A DNA stretch of 63,936 nucleotides, filler included, from Choristocarpus tenellus KU-1152 (GCA_964200185.2; 14 parts of 14 records of this genome joined end to end with filler, not necessarily neighbours in it), one strand, 5' to 3'; positions 26,501-40,195 are shown, counted from the first letter of the whole stretch. Program-made: numbers and translations. The notes: generated by a model not told the origin, from the letters alone.

Positions 26501-29500
26501 GTATGATGCCATTGCCAGCTGAGGAGGGATGGGAGTGATTTATGGATGAGGGTCATTACAGCTTCTGTTGTGCACATTTGATAGAAGTGTCAGCATAGAG
26601 CACAAGAGTCACAAGGCTCACTTGAGCATTAAATGTACAAAAAAAATGTTTTCACTGGCTCTTTTTTCACCCATCAACAAAGGTACTACTACACTTCCCA
26701 CTAGTGTTAGTTGCATGTCCTCTAGATGGTGCATATTGAAGGGAGAACCTCTTTCTACTAGTGTCTACAGTTACTTTCCTTGACACAGGCTAAAAGTAAT
26801 ACTACTACTTACACCTGCAAATTAATTAAAAGAAAACTGAAATAAACATTCCTGCATGTATCACATCTAGCACAAGACTACAATCATGCTGAGATTAATA
26901 GAAAAAACCTCTCTCCAACAGAATTTGAAGAATACAGTTTTAAAGGGTTACATCAGCTCTGTTGAACAGATTTGACAATTCCAAGAGAGTGAGTCCAAAG
27001 TGAGCAGTCGACACAAAAGAGACACTCCAAAACTGAAGTAATACTAATAGCACCTTCAGAGAGGCACTGTAGGAACAGGCTTAGAAAAGAAGGAAAGTTT
27101 TGGATTGATCTTCCAGGCTACAAAATTGTATGTATTTATTATTCCCACAAAAACAATCAACAGTGTGATAATTTAATTTGATAAATTGATACAGGTGCTC
27201 AGTCCATATTGCCACCTAATCAACTGATTCCAGTCATAACTCAGTTAAGACTTTCACCCCAACCAATACTACCTGTATAATTTAAATATTACAATTCATC
27301 ACATTAAAGACAGTGCGAGAACTCTTTTATGCCTAACATATTCCACCCCACTCATAAAGTGCAATAAAAAGTATGAAAGACGGTCAGACACCCACTCAGA
27401 CCAAAAACATACAAGTGCACAAACCTCATTAGCCATAGCCATGTAGGATACATTCACCACTCCAGTGTATGCCTTCCCCTCTAGGGTATCACACATCTGT
27501 TCAGCAACATCTCGTGCCACATTAACCTGTTATAGGTAAATAATAAACAAATAATACGAGAGGAAAAGACATAGAAGTTAAGGTAAATTAAGTTAAGTTA
27601 AGTTCACTCTCATCACAAAACAGATTATATAGATACTGGAGGTCTTCAAAAACTCCTTCCAAAAAATGGTGACCACTATAATATATATACTATAATTCGG
27701 ATAATAATAATAATAATGATGATGAATAGGCTTGGTAAAACTCAATCAACCAATACCCATTCAAGCAACTTTTCACGCTCCAAGTGTCATTCAGGGCAAC
27801 ACCAACATAGATGGTAAATGATAGCTACCCTCACCCAACAATTTCATTCCAACCATAACTGCAATAGCCATCTACAATAGCAACGCCATTTTGTTCCAAC
27901 AGAAAAGGATTTGAGTATTATACACTCACTCTCTACAGAGGGTCACTCACACGGACAGGACAGTGACACCATCTACCCTTAACCTCAAGGCACAACATGA
28001 TTTCTGAAGTCTTTGATCAAGTTTAGGTATACCCTGATGCAGATTTGGAACAAAAGCTGTCAGGTACTGATGCAAACTGACTCTTTACAACAGGAGAATA
28101 CTAACAAAACAAGATTCTGTGTGGTAGTGAGACTTTTAAGTACCATAATATGTATGGTAACATGTTCACTTTCCTCAGGCTTTTCTCTACTATTAGTATG
28201 AATATTATTAATAACACTAAATGTGCAATCTATAAACCAATGTTAACTGTATCACCCCAATAAAGTATAGTAATAATTAACGATTACATTACTATAATCA
28301 GAATACAGCACATCAACCCATGAATAAACATAAAAGACACATATACACACCTGAGCCTCTTCCGTAGATGCCCCAAGATGTGGTGTACACACCAGACGAG
28401 GGTGTTGCAGTAGATCAGTCATGTCTTCTGGAGGTGGCTCTGAGCTGTACACATCCAATGCCGCTGATGCCACCTGAGGTGATGACATCATGAGGCAAAC
28501 CCCAGTCAAACCAGGAAAGTGGAAATACAGAACTGTAATACTTTATCACTACTACAGCCTCCACAATTGACTACCACAACAAAAATATAAAAATACTAAA
28601 GTAAATAATCAAATTCGTGCAACACCAATCCAAACACTTTGTTCTATCAACTTGTTCGAATGACTTGTCATCTACCAGCCAACACATGCCACCCTTATGA
28701 TCAACAGTAGAGGCAGCCCCTAGCAGGCTGGCAGACATCACGGAGTAACGACTAAAAAAAAAATGTTATCTAGTCTATCTGTTAGTCATCAATGTCTAAC
28801 CACAAGGTCTCTTCCTCACCCCAGTTACTCTCCATAAACTATTTATAGTATCACTATTCATTTATTGAAGTTAAGGTTAGGGTTGTAGTTATTTTTCATA
28901 GATTCTCATGAAGGTAGCAATCACCAATCACCCTACTCCTTCCCGATGGCCAGTCTTTCAAATTTCAAATATGCTCACATCAATTGTACACACCAACTAT
29001 ATTTATAACACTACAACTACATTTGTAACTGTATCTTCCTATCCCTGCTGACTGTATCACATCTAATGTGTCCTTGTAAAATAGTGAAAACATTTTTGTA
29101 TATTTGGGATACCCAAGAATATAGTGACAGCTATCAAATCCATCAATACCAACACAGCCTCGACATGACAAATACAACAGATCCATTTCTATACTAGAGT
29201 CGAGGCTTGCTCTACACTCTTGCAATTCAGTCCTTGTTTATTACAATACATTAGATATTTTGGAAGTATGGGATCATAAATAGTACCTCAAGAATCATTC
29301 TTACTATGCTTGTCAACACTCAAAAAAACACATTTTTCCTTGCTACATATGAGATTCAAGGCATTATTATATATTCACATATCTCACAGCAGCAGTCACC
29401 ACCACTCCTCTGAGCACAAAGATAAAGATTACAACTTACTACCAGTATGATACTGTAATAGTATTACACTAGTTCAATGATAGATGGTGCTGCCATGACC

Positions 29501-30589
29501 AAGAATATCAAGCACTTCACACTCTGAAAACATGGAAAATTCAGCAATAGACAGTGGCAAGCATGTGATAATATGTCCTATAACATCCAAACCCAAAACA
29601 CACCCAATACCTGTTGTTTAGATCCCATGACACTTGAGGCAATAGCATACATATGTTCATGTTCAGTTCAAAACATGCACTGAGATAGATATAACATAAA
29701 GAAAGTGCTGTACCAATTTTGGTACAAATGTTTCATTCACCATTTGTCAAGGGTGTAATATAAAAAAATACTTAAGGACATGTTTTTGATGGGGCATACA
29801 TACCTTTCCCGACTGAAGTGCAGCATGCAACGCCTTTTCGTTGACAATCCCTCCCCTAGCACAGTTGACAATAATCACACCATCCTTCATCTGAATCATT
29901 ACATAATTAGACAAATGAGGAACAAAGAGGGGGATGGGGGAATGCAGTTTATATACTGAGGAGATTTGTGCTCCAGTGAAGTAAAATAAATGTAGATCAA
30001 GAGCAGAGTAAGACAAAAAAGAAAACAATGCACTACCAACTACCAACTACCGTAATTACTTTAACTACCACAACTCTGCACTGTCTGCCTTGGGCACAGC
30101 ATATATGAAATCAAATACTTCTGTAGGATAGTATAGTATTCCTTTACATCAAGATAGAAATCTTATCCAAATATCAGTCATAATAGTAGGCTGTGAGGAC
30201 AGTGCAATATAAGGAGATTGGTTGATTGATTGATTGATTAGGCATTGCAGAGGGAAGAACAATGACATGTATTGGGCAATAAGGTAGGGCCAGTGCAATG
30301 CAGGTGAAATGAGTCAGAAATTACCTGGCATGCACATGGGACAAAGGACTATTGAATACAATCTCAATCATGAGGTCTATCTTAGTCCTTGTGTTACATG
30401 TTGATGGTGCAAGGACTGACCTTTGCAATGGTGTCCTCATTAACCAGGTCCTTAGTGTCGGGTGTTAGTGGGGTGTGTAGGGTAATGAAGTCAGCTCTGG
30501 TCCAGATATCATTGAGGTCCATTAGAGAGATACCCACTTGTGCTGCAGTGTCTTTAGGAAGAGCAGGGTCAAAGCCGATCACCTCCATG
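20585..30589 (-). CDS. PHGDH: D-3-phosphoglycerate dehydrogenase type I (NAD-binding, ASB and ACT domains), 5'-partial. 12 exons: 30589-30421, 29890-29804, 28473-28351, 27526-27425, 26518-26447, 24413-24345, 23779-23654, 23467-23396, 22901-22792, 22018-21925, 21623-21546, 20620-20585
   Basis: The spliced translation contains MEVIGFDP, ADFITLHTPLTPDTKDLVN, MKDGVIIVNCARGGIVNE, AALDVYSSEPP, TPHLGASTEEAQVNVA, the ASB region, the ACT motif FRNEDRAGAV...INVGRLNVGR, and ends AVHEVKVANLS*. All junctions are phase-compatible. Confidence 0.96.
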
Positions 30590-31378
30590 CTAGGCATCAA
30601 TAAAAACACAAGAAAAAGAGGTAAAAGAAATGAACACAAGGAAGGAAAACACTTTAAATAACACCAAATACCTGACAGTTCAAGAGCATTCAGATATGAA
30701 ATGGTAACTAGCTACAGTTGCGATACACTTTGGTTGCAAACATTATTGGATGAAACATCATTGGACGATACTTGGATACATTTGATGAGTACATTCCAAC
30801 AAGTGAGACTGGCACAGCAATTAGTCCACTTGTAATGAGAACAAACAATCAACTAGAATTCCTTATAATATATATGAAGTCTTTTCTATTGAAGATCTTA
30901 CCGAACTTGATTTTAGTCTAACTGTTGAGAGTAGTATTATTAGGCATTTGGGAAAAAGGTTTCAAAATATTGATTTTGACATTCACAGTGCCAAAAAAGC
31001 AAGTTGGTAAGTTATTTTGTTTTGACTGAAAATCATGTATGTGAGAAAAGGATGTGTTATGGGATGATCAGGAAACATGACAAAAGCACTACACAGCAGT
31101 TAACCAAGATTAAATTTGTAGTGAATCAAAATAATTGATGAGAAAGATTTTAATCAACCCAAAAAATTGATGTAACTACTATACAATAACAAACACATAC
31201 AGACAGCGCACAGATTAAGCCACAAAAATCACTGACATTGGTGAGCAGATCAGGGGGTGTAAGTTAATGCTAAAAATAATCAAAGAAGAAAATAACCAAT
31301 TAAAACCATCTCTTTATTTTCAGTTTTGATTGATTGTGGTCAAATTGAATGAATACAGTAAACTCAAATGCTAAGATT

Positions 31379-31447
31379 GACCCAAAGTATCTGGGAGGGG
31401 GGGGGGGGGACTACACCAGGGTGTCCATTTGGACCAAAACAAGGAAA
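31379..31447 (+). mobile_element. MITE family C, left end at contig break
   Basis: GACCCAAAGTATCTGGG-polyG-ACTACACCAGGGTGTCCATTTGGACC, matching 55606. Confidence 0.85.
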
Positions 31448-31547
31448 NNNNNNNNNNNNNNNNNNNNNNNNNNNNNNNNNNNNNNNNNNNNTTAATTAAT
31501 TAANNNNNNNNNNNNNNNNNNNNNNNNNNNNNNNNNNNNNNNNNNNN

Positions 31548-31637
31548 AATAAAAACAAATCCCCCCCCAAAATCGCGAAAAAAAAAAATTGATCCCAAAT
31601 GGACAGCCCCCCCCCCCCCCCCCAGATACTTTGAGCC
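31548..31637 (+). mobile_element. MITE family C, right end at contig start
   Basis: CCCAAATGGACAGC-polyC-AGATACTTTGAGCC. Confidence 0.85.
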
Positions 31638-32449
31638 AGTACATGAACCAACATATTAATGTAGTCCGCACTTGTCCTAGTGAACACAAGACCCGGTCGT
31701 GTCGACACGAGACCCAGCCGTGCCAATGCTCGCATGAGGCCCAGCTCTACTATGACCAATACGTCAATTGGACCATTTGACACGAGGTCAGGCTGTGCTA
31801 ACACGAGACTCAACTGTGTCATACCCGGCACGAGACTCTGCTGTGCTACGGCAATCACCCCAATTGGCTATAATATTCTTCGCGATTAAAGCGTTAATGA
31901 CATCCTCACGGTTGCCTGCTTCACCCTCAAGAGATAAATATCTGGATTGGACCACCCTCCAGATCATTGCTCATGTCCGCCTTGGGGTGATGGTCGCCTG
32001 GGGTGTTAAACCCTTGACATTTTGACAGTCAGTACTAACTATTGGAGCCTTGATTTATTTTCATCATACTGAAACCAGATAAAGTTTCCCTCGGTTGCTT
32101 CCATGCTTCTAAACACGATGTTGCGTTGAGAACTATTATATTATTGAATCCCCTCGTACTCCAACGTAAGATGTCAACAGTCTTCTTTGACCGTGGCGAC
32201 CTCTTTTTCATTCTGCCCTTCCCCCTTGTTGAAGGTAGCACCACCCACACGAAGATGATCCTCCCTATCCTCCGTAGCTGTGTCACTGTTGCGATAAGAA
32301 AAGCACACGAACCGGTCCGCACAACTTGTTCTCCAGCAATTGACGATATTTGCCCTGGTATCCCTTTGAGGTCATAAGTGCAGACTACCAGCCCAGCAAG
32401 TCCAGTGCTACCTGCGCCTCCTCTCATTAGACTGTTTTATGATGCTTAA

Positions 32450-34985
32450 GCGTCATTAAAAAGCTTCACAAAAATAGCTCGTTGGCGAGAAGTGGTGCTA
32501 AGTATATTGGTAACGTATTCATGAACATTGAAACTAATATCTGAATTCTAGTTATGTGACGGACAGGTCCCTTAGGGAGCTGATCTCAGTCCAGATACAC
32601 ATCCGCGCGTACACACAAGTGCATTGCGCGCCCATTTATTTTTCATTGGTGACGTTCCCATCAACATCAAACACGGAGAACTCTTGAGAATTCTCAGACC
32701 TCTTACCATTGGCGATCACCAAGATGTGACGCCATCTGGTGGATCTGGGGTTCTCTTCAAACTTCTCCTAAGATTTGATGGTTGAGAAAGCTTTGGGTTT
32801 GCTGGAAGCACCCCACTATGACACAACTGGTGATTCTGAACACCCCCCACGACTGATTGGACCCTGCCTCACGACAGTGGTTCTCACACCAAATAAAGCA
32901 CCACTCTCCATGGAAAGATATGATGGTCAGTCGGTCTTTAATTGTTTGGGAAGAGGATGGATCTTGCCTAGTCAAAATTGCCAACCCTTCCAACCATGGT
33001 GTTAAGATACCTCCTCAATTTGTTGTAGGTCATATAGCACCAGTTGATCAAATTCACACCCTTTCTGAAGCACAGACCAGTACCATAGCGGCTACTCCGA
33101 ACTCTCCAGAGGAGCATAAACAAGCCCGTGATGAGTTAAAAGAAGTTTTCGGTAAAAAAGCCCTGATAGATACAGTGTTGTCTGATAATGAACAAGAAGA
33201 ACTACTTGACCTTGTTGCTAAATACCGACCTGTATTTTCACTCACTTCTGAGGAACTAGATTGTTGCAATAATACCAGTGTTGAATTTCCACTTAAACCA
33301 GGTGCAGTTCTTGTTGAATCATCCACCATATCGGACCGCACCCAAAATGCGTGAAACAATCCATAATTGTGTGGAGGACATGGAAAATCAGCGAATAATT
33401 CAACCCTCCTCAAGTCCTTGGGCGTCACTGGTAACCATAGGTACAATACCTGATGGGTCTCCTCGATTCTGTGTAGACTTTAGGCTCACATTGAACTAAA
33501 ATTTGGTACGTAGTTCCTGGCCGCTACCAGCTATGGAAGATTGTTTGGGTGCACTAGGGAGAGTAAAATACCGGTCGTGTCTCGATGTTCAGTCAGCCTC
33601 CTGGAAACTACCCATCACCGACGCCAGCGAACTCCAAAAACCTGCCTTTGTCACATCGGGTGGAAAATACGAATTCAAAATACTGCCCTTTGGTGTTGCT
33701 AATGTACCATAGATATATCAACGCTTCATGTCGGAAACGTTTTCGACTCTTGGACCAAGTATGGGCTTACTGATTTATCTTCATGATATTGTACTGGCCT
33801 CCCCAACGTGGAACCATCATATCCATCTTCTTGAGAGCGTATTGTTGTTACTGCAGCTAGTAGGAGTTATCCTTAAACCTTCAAACCCTCAAAAACCCAA
33901 TTTGACTCAAGATCAATTAATTATTTGGGACATGAAGTCAGCCATAGTGGTGTTGCTGTGTCACCAGATCGAATCTAGGCTATACCTCTCTGAAAGCTCC
34001 TAAATCTGTGAAGGAATTACAATCCTTTCTAGGTTCCATGAACTTTGTTAGGAGATATATTCCCCAATTGGCTACAATAACCGAACCCCTGGTGTCACTT
34101 ACAAGGAAAAGCACAAAAAAGTCTGGAAGGGACAAAGGTCTATCTCAACTGTGGGGAGACGATCACAACAAAATTCTTTTATTGAGTGTAAACGTCTATC
34201 AACCATGGCGCCAGTGTTAAGCTTTCCAGATTTCACTCAAGAGTTCTTTGTTCACGTGGACGCTAGCGATGTTGGCAAGGGAGCTTAATTGGCAAATAGA
34301 AAATGAGGGCAATAGTTTCCAAATTGTAGCCTACCGTAGTGGTCTTTTTAAGCCAACCCAGAGACGATATTCAGCAACTCAGAAAGAATGCCTGGCCGTC
34401 ATCCATCATGCCATAACATATTGGCGCCCATATATTTGGGGAAAACACTTACAGTTGTAAGGGATCATTCGGCATTACATTGGTTACATACAATGCAAGA
34501 TACTTCTAATATGTTGACCAGGTGGGCCTTAGCCTTACAAGCTTTTGACTTGACAGTTTTTCATAAACCGGGACGTTTACACCACATTCCGGATATGTTA
34601 TCCCGGACAAGGTTGGAGGAATTTATGTTGGATAAAATACCACTTCCACCAGCCCCACTGTGCCACAATATAGGCCAAACAGAGTAGGATGTCTCTACAC
34701 CTAAGGTTTACCCTGCATATGATCTATCAGTGGATAAACTAGGTGATATTACCAGAGTACAAAACGATACGGAACTATTCACTAGCGCCGTTAATGTTTT
34801 CCCAACAGTGGATCCTGAAGTACTATTCAATGCTCAACAAGCTCAATATGGAGACTATTTCAAATATTTGGCTAATCCAGAAAAAGCCCTATTACCTAAA
34901 ACGGAACAATGTATACCATGTCTTATTTTTTCACACAAGAAATGGAAGGCAAACAGATGTTATACAAATCATATCAACCCAGTCA
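32450..34985 (+). mobile_element. Ty3/Gypsy LTR retrotransposon pol remnant (RT-RNase H), pseudogenised
   Basis: IIQPSSSPWASLV, DGSPRFCVDFR, SCLDVQSASW, PAFVT..GKYEFKILPFGVAN, YLHDI (decayed YLDD), KELQSFLGSMNFVRRYIP, HVDASDVG, RYSATQKECLAV, DHSALHWL, HKPGRLHHIPDMLSR, spread over several frames with stops. Confidence 0.93.
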
Positions 34986-35085
34986 NNNNNNNNNNNNNNN
35001 NNNNNNNNNNNNNNNNNNNNNNNNNNNNNTTAATTAATTAANNNNNNNNNNNNNNNNNNNNNNNNNNNNNNNNNNNNNNNNNNNN

Positions 35086-35110
35086 ACCCCCCCCCCAGAT
35101 ACTTTGACCC
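35086..35110. mobile_element. MITE family B terminal fragment at contig start
   Basis: polyC-AGATACTTTGACCC. Confidence 0.75.
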
Positions 35111-35678
35111 ATAGCTGTCTCAGACAATGAGAATCGAAGTGTGATCAGGCAATGTAAAAAAACTGAGAAAAATACCACCACATATGCTTGTGTTCGTGTT
35201 TTTTTTTGGGACCAAGTTTTCATGGTAGAATACTGTAAAGAGGTGATATATATATATATATATATTTTTAGACTGATCGTTCACATTGAACGGAGTCAGC
35301 AAAATCAAGAGGTATCAAGGTTTGCATTTTAAGGATGGCGGCAAATGTGTGCGAAATTATCGGCTTTTTTTTTTGACAATTATTTAAAAAACAAAACAAA
35401 AAAACTTTACTTTCCGAATTGCGTCGAAAACTTCCAAATAATAGAGAAATCAAGTCGCTCGAGTTGTACTTGGCACTGACTGCATCCCTAGAAATAAGGG
35501 TTGGTTGCAAAAGATTGAGAGAAAACTGACTTATATTGCAGATCGGACATAACCTGACTGGGGGTACCCTCTCAAATACTTTGACTCATTCATGGTGGGT
35601 GCTGATGGGTGCCTCCCCTCTTCTATGCACATCACATAGCGCTTGTCCTTTATCGCTCTCTTTGCACTGGGTAAAGTG

Positions 35679-35719
35679 TTAGGGTTAGGGTTAGGGTTGA
35701 GGTTGGGGTTAGGGTTAGG
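35679..35719 (+). repeat. Interstitial telomere-like (TTAGGG)n
   Basis: About 7 partly degenerate units. Confidence 0.9.
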
Positions 35720-36029
35720 ATTTGTTACCAGGGTTCAGAGGACAGTGGGCGCCGAGGATCGCTGAGTTGTGAATACCTGGTCCAAGCCAACCAACCTGAG
35801 ACCTGACCCAGCTGCAACTGAGACCCTGGCCAGGTCCTTGCAGAGTATGTCTTGCCCGAGTCCCTTGAGAGGTGTGAAGGTTCCTGATCTGATCCTTTCA
35901 ATAATGTGTCTTGCCCAAGCTGGCTCACAGCCCGGGCCTGTTCAAAGTTCTTTGGCCCTGGTCTGACCCTCTCAGAAAACGTTCTTACCAAGCCGGCCCT
36001 CTGTTTGGCCTTGTCACAGTAACAGTTAC

Positions 36030-36105
36030 CTGGTCCAGTCTATAGCCCTAACCCTAGTGTTGAAGTCCCGGTCCAGTCTATAGCCCTAACCCTAGTGTTG
36101 AAGTC
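36030..36105. repeat. 38-bp tandem duplication containing CCCTAACCCTA
   Basis: GGTCCAGTCTATAGCCCTAACCCTAGTGTTGAAGTC at 36032 and 36070. Confidence 0.92.
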
Positions 36106-36287
36106 TCTGGTGGAGGCGTTTGTTATTGTCACGTGGATGTATTTATCGGAATGCGTATCACTTATTGTTACAAGACATCCAAATCTCATAAATTGTATCT
36201 GACTTGTAAAATCGCCAGGTACCTTATAACAAGCAGTTTGGGTGGTATCATCAGTTTTTATGTCAGTGGAAATTTAATGATCAAGGA

Positions 36288-36459
36288 TATTATTATTATT
36301 ATTATTATTGTTATTATTATTATTATTGTTATTACTATTATCATTATTATTATTGTTATTATTATTACTATTAATATTGTTATTATTATTATTGTTATTA
36401 TCATTATTATTAATATTCTTATTATTGTTATTATTATTATTATTATTATCATTATCATT
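36288..36459. repeat. Imperfect (ATT)n microsatellite
   Basis: ATT with interspersed GTT/ATC/ACT; source of the poly-Ile and poly-Leu ORFs. Confidence 0.95.
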
Positions 36460-37245
36460 CGGAGCGATCGATGAAATTGATCTGGGGGTCGAGATTGCCG
36501 TTTAATCACCAACTCATGTTTTGCAGATGACTTTAGAATAGCAAAACAATAGTGATATCAATGGAGAACCACGCAGTGTTATTTTGAAAACGGAAACTGT
36601 TTTGTCAGATGTTTTGAGCCCCATTGATGAAGAGAGATGAGAATGAAGTGATAAGAGTTTGCACGGGCCTCAAGCACACTCTTAGCTTGCTTGTTGTCAA
36701 AAACCATTTGTGGAGGCGTTTTTCGACACGTGCCTTGTGAGTAGTGGTGCAAAAACGTTTCGCATTTTTTGTTTTTATTAGAAATAGCTGTTGTTACAGT
36801 ATAGTGAGACATTCAGCTTCCCTACTTGATTGATGCATCCCTGTTCAATATCATCATTGTTTTCACTGGAGAGAGAGTATTCTCTCTCTATTTCAAGGCG
36901 CGTGATTGTTGTCATAGTAATTGTTATTAAACTGCTGTTGTAGATATTATTTTCTATATATTCCTCTTTGGTTGCCCGGAGCTAGGGTTAGGGTTCTGTC
37001 AGCTGGCTAAGAAAATCTGTTGATGGTGTGTATGTGGAATTTTGGTTGTGCCGTGTGTGGTAAGATCGTATTTATTTATTTATTTTTTGCTTGGCAGAAG
37101 TCCAGAACGTTCTGGGATAGTCGGTGGCTCACTGAGCCAATACTTTCCATTTTAAGAACATTGTTTGGCAGGTATCATGGACATCGCCTGAAGATCTTGG
37201 ACGCGGATGGAGGTCTCTTATCAATTTGCTAACTTCTAACCGCCA

Positions 37246-37272
37246 CCCTAACCCTAACCCTAATCCTAACCC
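37246..37272 (-). repeat. Interstitial telomere-like (CCCTAA)n
   Basis: Direct reading. Confidence 0.85.
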
Positions 37273-37808
37273 CACCTCCCATTTGTTGTTCGAATGTAAT
37301 AATAATTACTGCCATATCCTAGTCTTATTTATTATTACTAGAAAATCTAAAAAAATAAAACCCTCGCCCTAGCCCTAGCCCTAGCCCGCCTCTATTTGTT
37401 TATTGCTTTTTTGATGTGATTACTACGATTATTTCTATATCCTGGTAAGTCTTACTATTGCTATCTAGTATTTTTTATTTCTTGAGTGATGGGTTGCTTC
37501 GTAGTATTTGGGTTATTCTTATACCACATATATTTTATTGTACAGTGTCTTTTTTATTTTTTTCCTATTTATTATTATTCATCACGCACACTCAACTGTT
37601 GCACAGTTTATTTATTTTTCATAATTTCTTTCATTGTTTTTTTTTTTCATACAGCGTATTGTGTTTGTGATTGTACTACATACACACATGGTAGCTATTT
37701 TGTATGTATATTTGTGGTACTTACTCTCCTACCCCGTAGTTCTTTTTCAAGAAATTTTCAAGAAATCGGACTGCGAAGCGCTTTGTGTGTGGAGGGACTT
37801 ACAGTGAA

Positions 37809-37810
<2 letters not shown>

Positions 37811-37849
<39 letters not shown>
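37811..37849. repeat. (CA)n microsatellite
   Basis: Direct reading. Confidence 0.95.
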
Positions 37850-37853
<4 letters not shown>

Positions 37854-38060
37854 ACCGCCCTACGCAGAATGATTGTAGTGCATGATGGTAATGATGGTAA
37901 TATTTGCAGTAAGCCAAGAATGTCACTGCCCCTGTTTGACCCTCTTCGAGGCCCAACTCGCTGACAATGATAAGCAAGTGAGTTTGAGGTGTCAGTGCGG
38001 CAATGGGTGCTCTAGTTGGGGGGGGTACGAGTGGTTTGAGGGCGCCTCATGACTTTCAAG

Positions 38061-38157
38061 ATCAGTGTATCAGTATATCGGTGTATCAGTATATCAGTGC
38101 ATCAGTGTATCAGTATATCAGTATATCAGTATATCAGTGTATCAGTGTATCAGTGTT
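38061..38157. repeat. 8-bp tandem repeat ATCAGT(G/A)T, about 12 copies
   Basis: Direct reading. Confidence 0.93.
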
Positions 38158-39938
38158 TCTTACTTGCGGGAAAGAGTTTGCCTCTTTTTGAGGGCTGAAA
38201 CTTTCTTTTCTGTGCATGGTAACTAGGAACCACCTATCTCAATTTTTTTATTGGAGAACATCCCAATCGATCTTACAGAAGGATACAGAGAAATATTGTT
38301 ATTATTATTATTATTATTATTATCAGTAGTAGCGATATTGCTTGAGATTTTTTTGTGTTTGTTATGTTTGCTTTTATTTTGCATCAGTCAATATTTCTTG
38401 GATATTACTATTTACTGTGTACGTGACGAGTTTTTTGGTTTTTTTTTTTTTTTCCGGTGCACTCACCATTTTTATTGTTGTTACTACAATTATTATCAGT
38501 AACATTTTCAGGGGGNNNNNNNNNNNNNNNNNNNNNNNNNNNNNNNNNNNNNNNNNNNNTTAATTAATTAANNNNNNNNNNNNNNNNNNNNNNNNNNNNN
38601 NNNNNNNNNNNNNNNCTACGTGAACATCGCCGACCTTCCCCTGTACGATGGCCCCCCCACGCGCGCGTAGGATTAAGCTGGTTCCTCGGCCGAACCTGGT
38701 GTCGGATGTGTCCCCAAGTCTGAGTTGCCTAGAGAAGCGAGCAGTTATCCCACCGAGAGATTGACGGTTGGATACCGGGGTGAACCTGTTGTATTGACCA
38801 AGCAGGATCGTGAATGTGTTATCCAGGTGATTGCGTTTGATGTCTGTGAAGTCTGGGATGATGATAGCCTGAAGGGGCATGACGCGGGGACCCGGTTGTG
38901 CGTCCTGCATCACCACAAACATGTTCATTGCGGGGGTTGAGTTGGTGTGTAGGACCACTGGAGTGTGATTGCGCGTTATGGCCTGGTTTGGTTCTACAGG
39001 GGTGTTGTTGTCTGTTGGTTTTTTAAGAATCAGGTAGTTTTGTGTATGACAGAGGATATACTTAGGCAGCCGAATGAACAAATGGGATGCGTTTATTTGC
39101 CCTACATAAGTTGTGAAATATTATGTTAAAGGTATCAGTGGCTGTTGCAGACTGGGAGAACAAAATGCCACTGATTTGGATGTCAGGATTGGACGTTATG
39201 GGAGGAATCCATGTTGGTTAGAGGGGGTGTAAGGGGATATGTGACATCTGTATCTGTATATGGACAGGGTGGAATCATCCGTGTGGGGCATTGTTCCCTT
39301 AGAAGCAATAAGAAGCGTTACTCACCTTGTCCGTCCGTGACATGTGAATAGTTGGCACTCCATCAACGAAGCTAGCACTCAGCACCTCGAAGTCTTCAGT
39401 GACAAAGACGACCTCATCTCCAGCACTGAACATCCCTCCGTAGCTGGAGTGGTGTCTGGCGTTCCATTGAATCGTGTCCTTACGGTGGACAGTGAACGGC
39501 AAGAACTCTATACCATTGTACTCCGATGGCTGCGTTCGCACAATGCATATGTTCCCCTCGGCGAGCTGTCTCTTCTTCCTCGACAGCTGACTTCTCTGAT
39601 ACATATCACCCGTTCCTGCTTCCGTGGAAGATTTGAGGTCTATCTCCTTAAGCGGGGGCACGTTGGTTAGTTGCCACCTGCGTTGGGCCAGGTTGCCGAC
39701 GGAACAGTTGGTGCAGTAGCATGACAATTCTGTGTTTATCAATGTACGGGAGTCTCTGGTAGTGAGTCGACCAGTGAAGAACCTGTGCATGGACTTGATT
39801 CCACTGAGGTTTGGGACACGTGGGTCGTGACGTCCCGCATGGTCGATCTTGTAAGACGGAAGGTGGACAATCTCCTGTGTGCGTAACGTGTCGATATATA
39901 GAAGTTTCGTATATGTGTTACTGTGCTGTCTGCCATCC

Positions 39939-40195
39939 GAGCGAAAGTATCTTAGAGGGTACGAGTTTTGCCCTGTTTGTCTATTTGGAGCTTGGCTCCC
40001 AATGGGTTTTTTAATGACATTCTCCTACTCCAAAAAATTTGACTAGGCAAAATGTATACACTATGAAAAGGTATGTCCGGAACAAGGATACTGACACTTC
40101 CCAACAAACACAATAGCCAAAAATTACATCAAAATCGCAACATTGGATTTTGGCCCCCAAATGGACGCAGATTTACCTCTAAGATACTTTGGTTC
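39939..40195 (+). mobile_element. MITE family A, complete, TSD ATCC, inserted in the transposase gene
   Basis: GAGCGAAAGTATCTTAGAGGG ... CCTCTAAGATACTTTGGTTC; ATCC at 39935-39938 and 40196-40199. Confidence 0.95.

Noticed and set aside
36133-36512. Poly-Ile and poly-Leu ORFs on both strands
   Set aside because: They are translations of an (ATT)n microsatellite.
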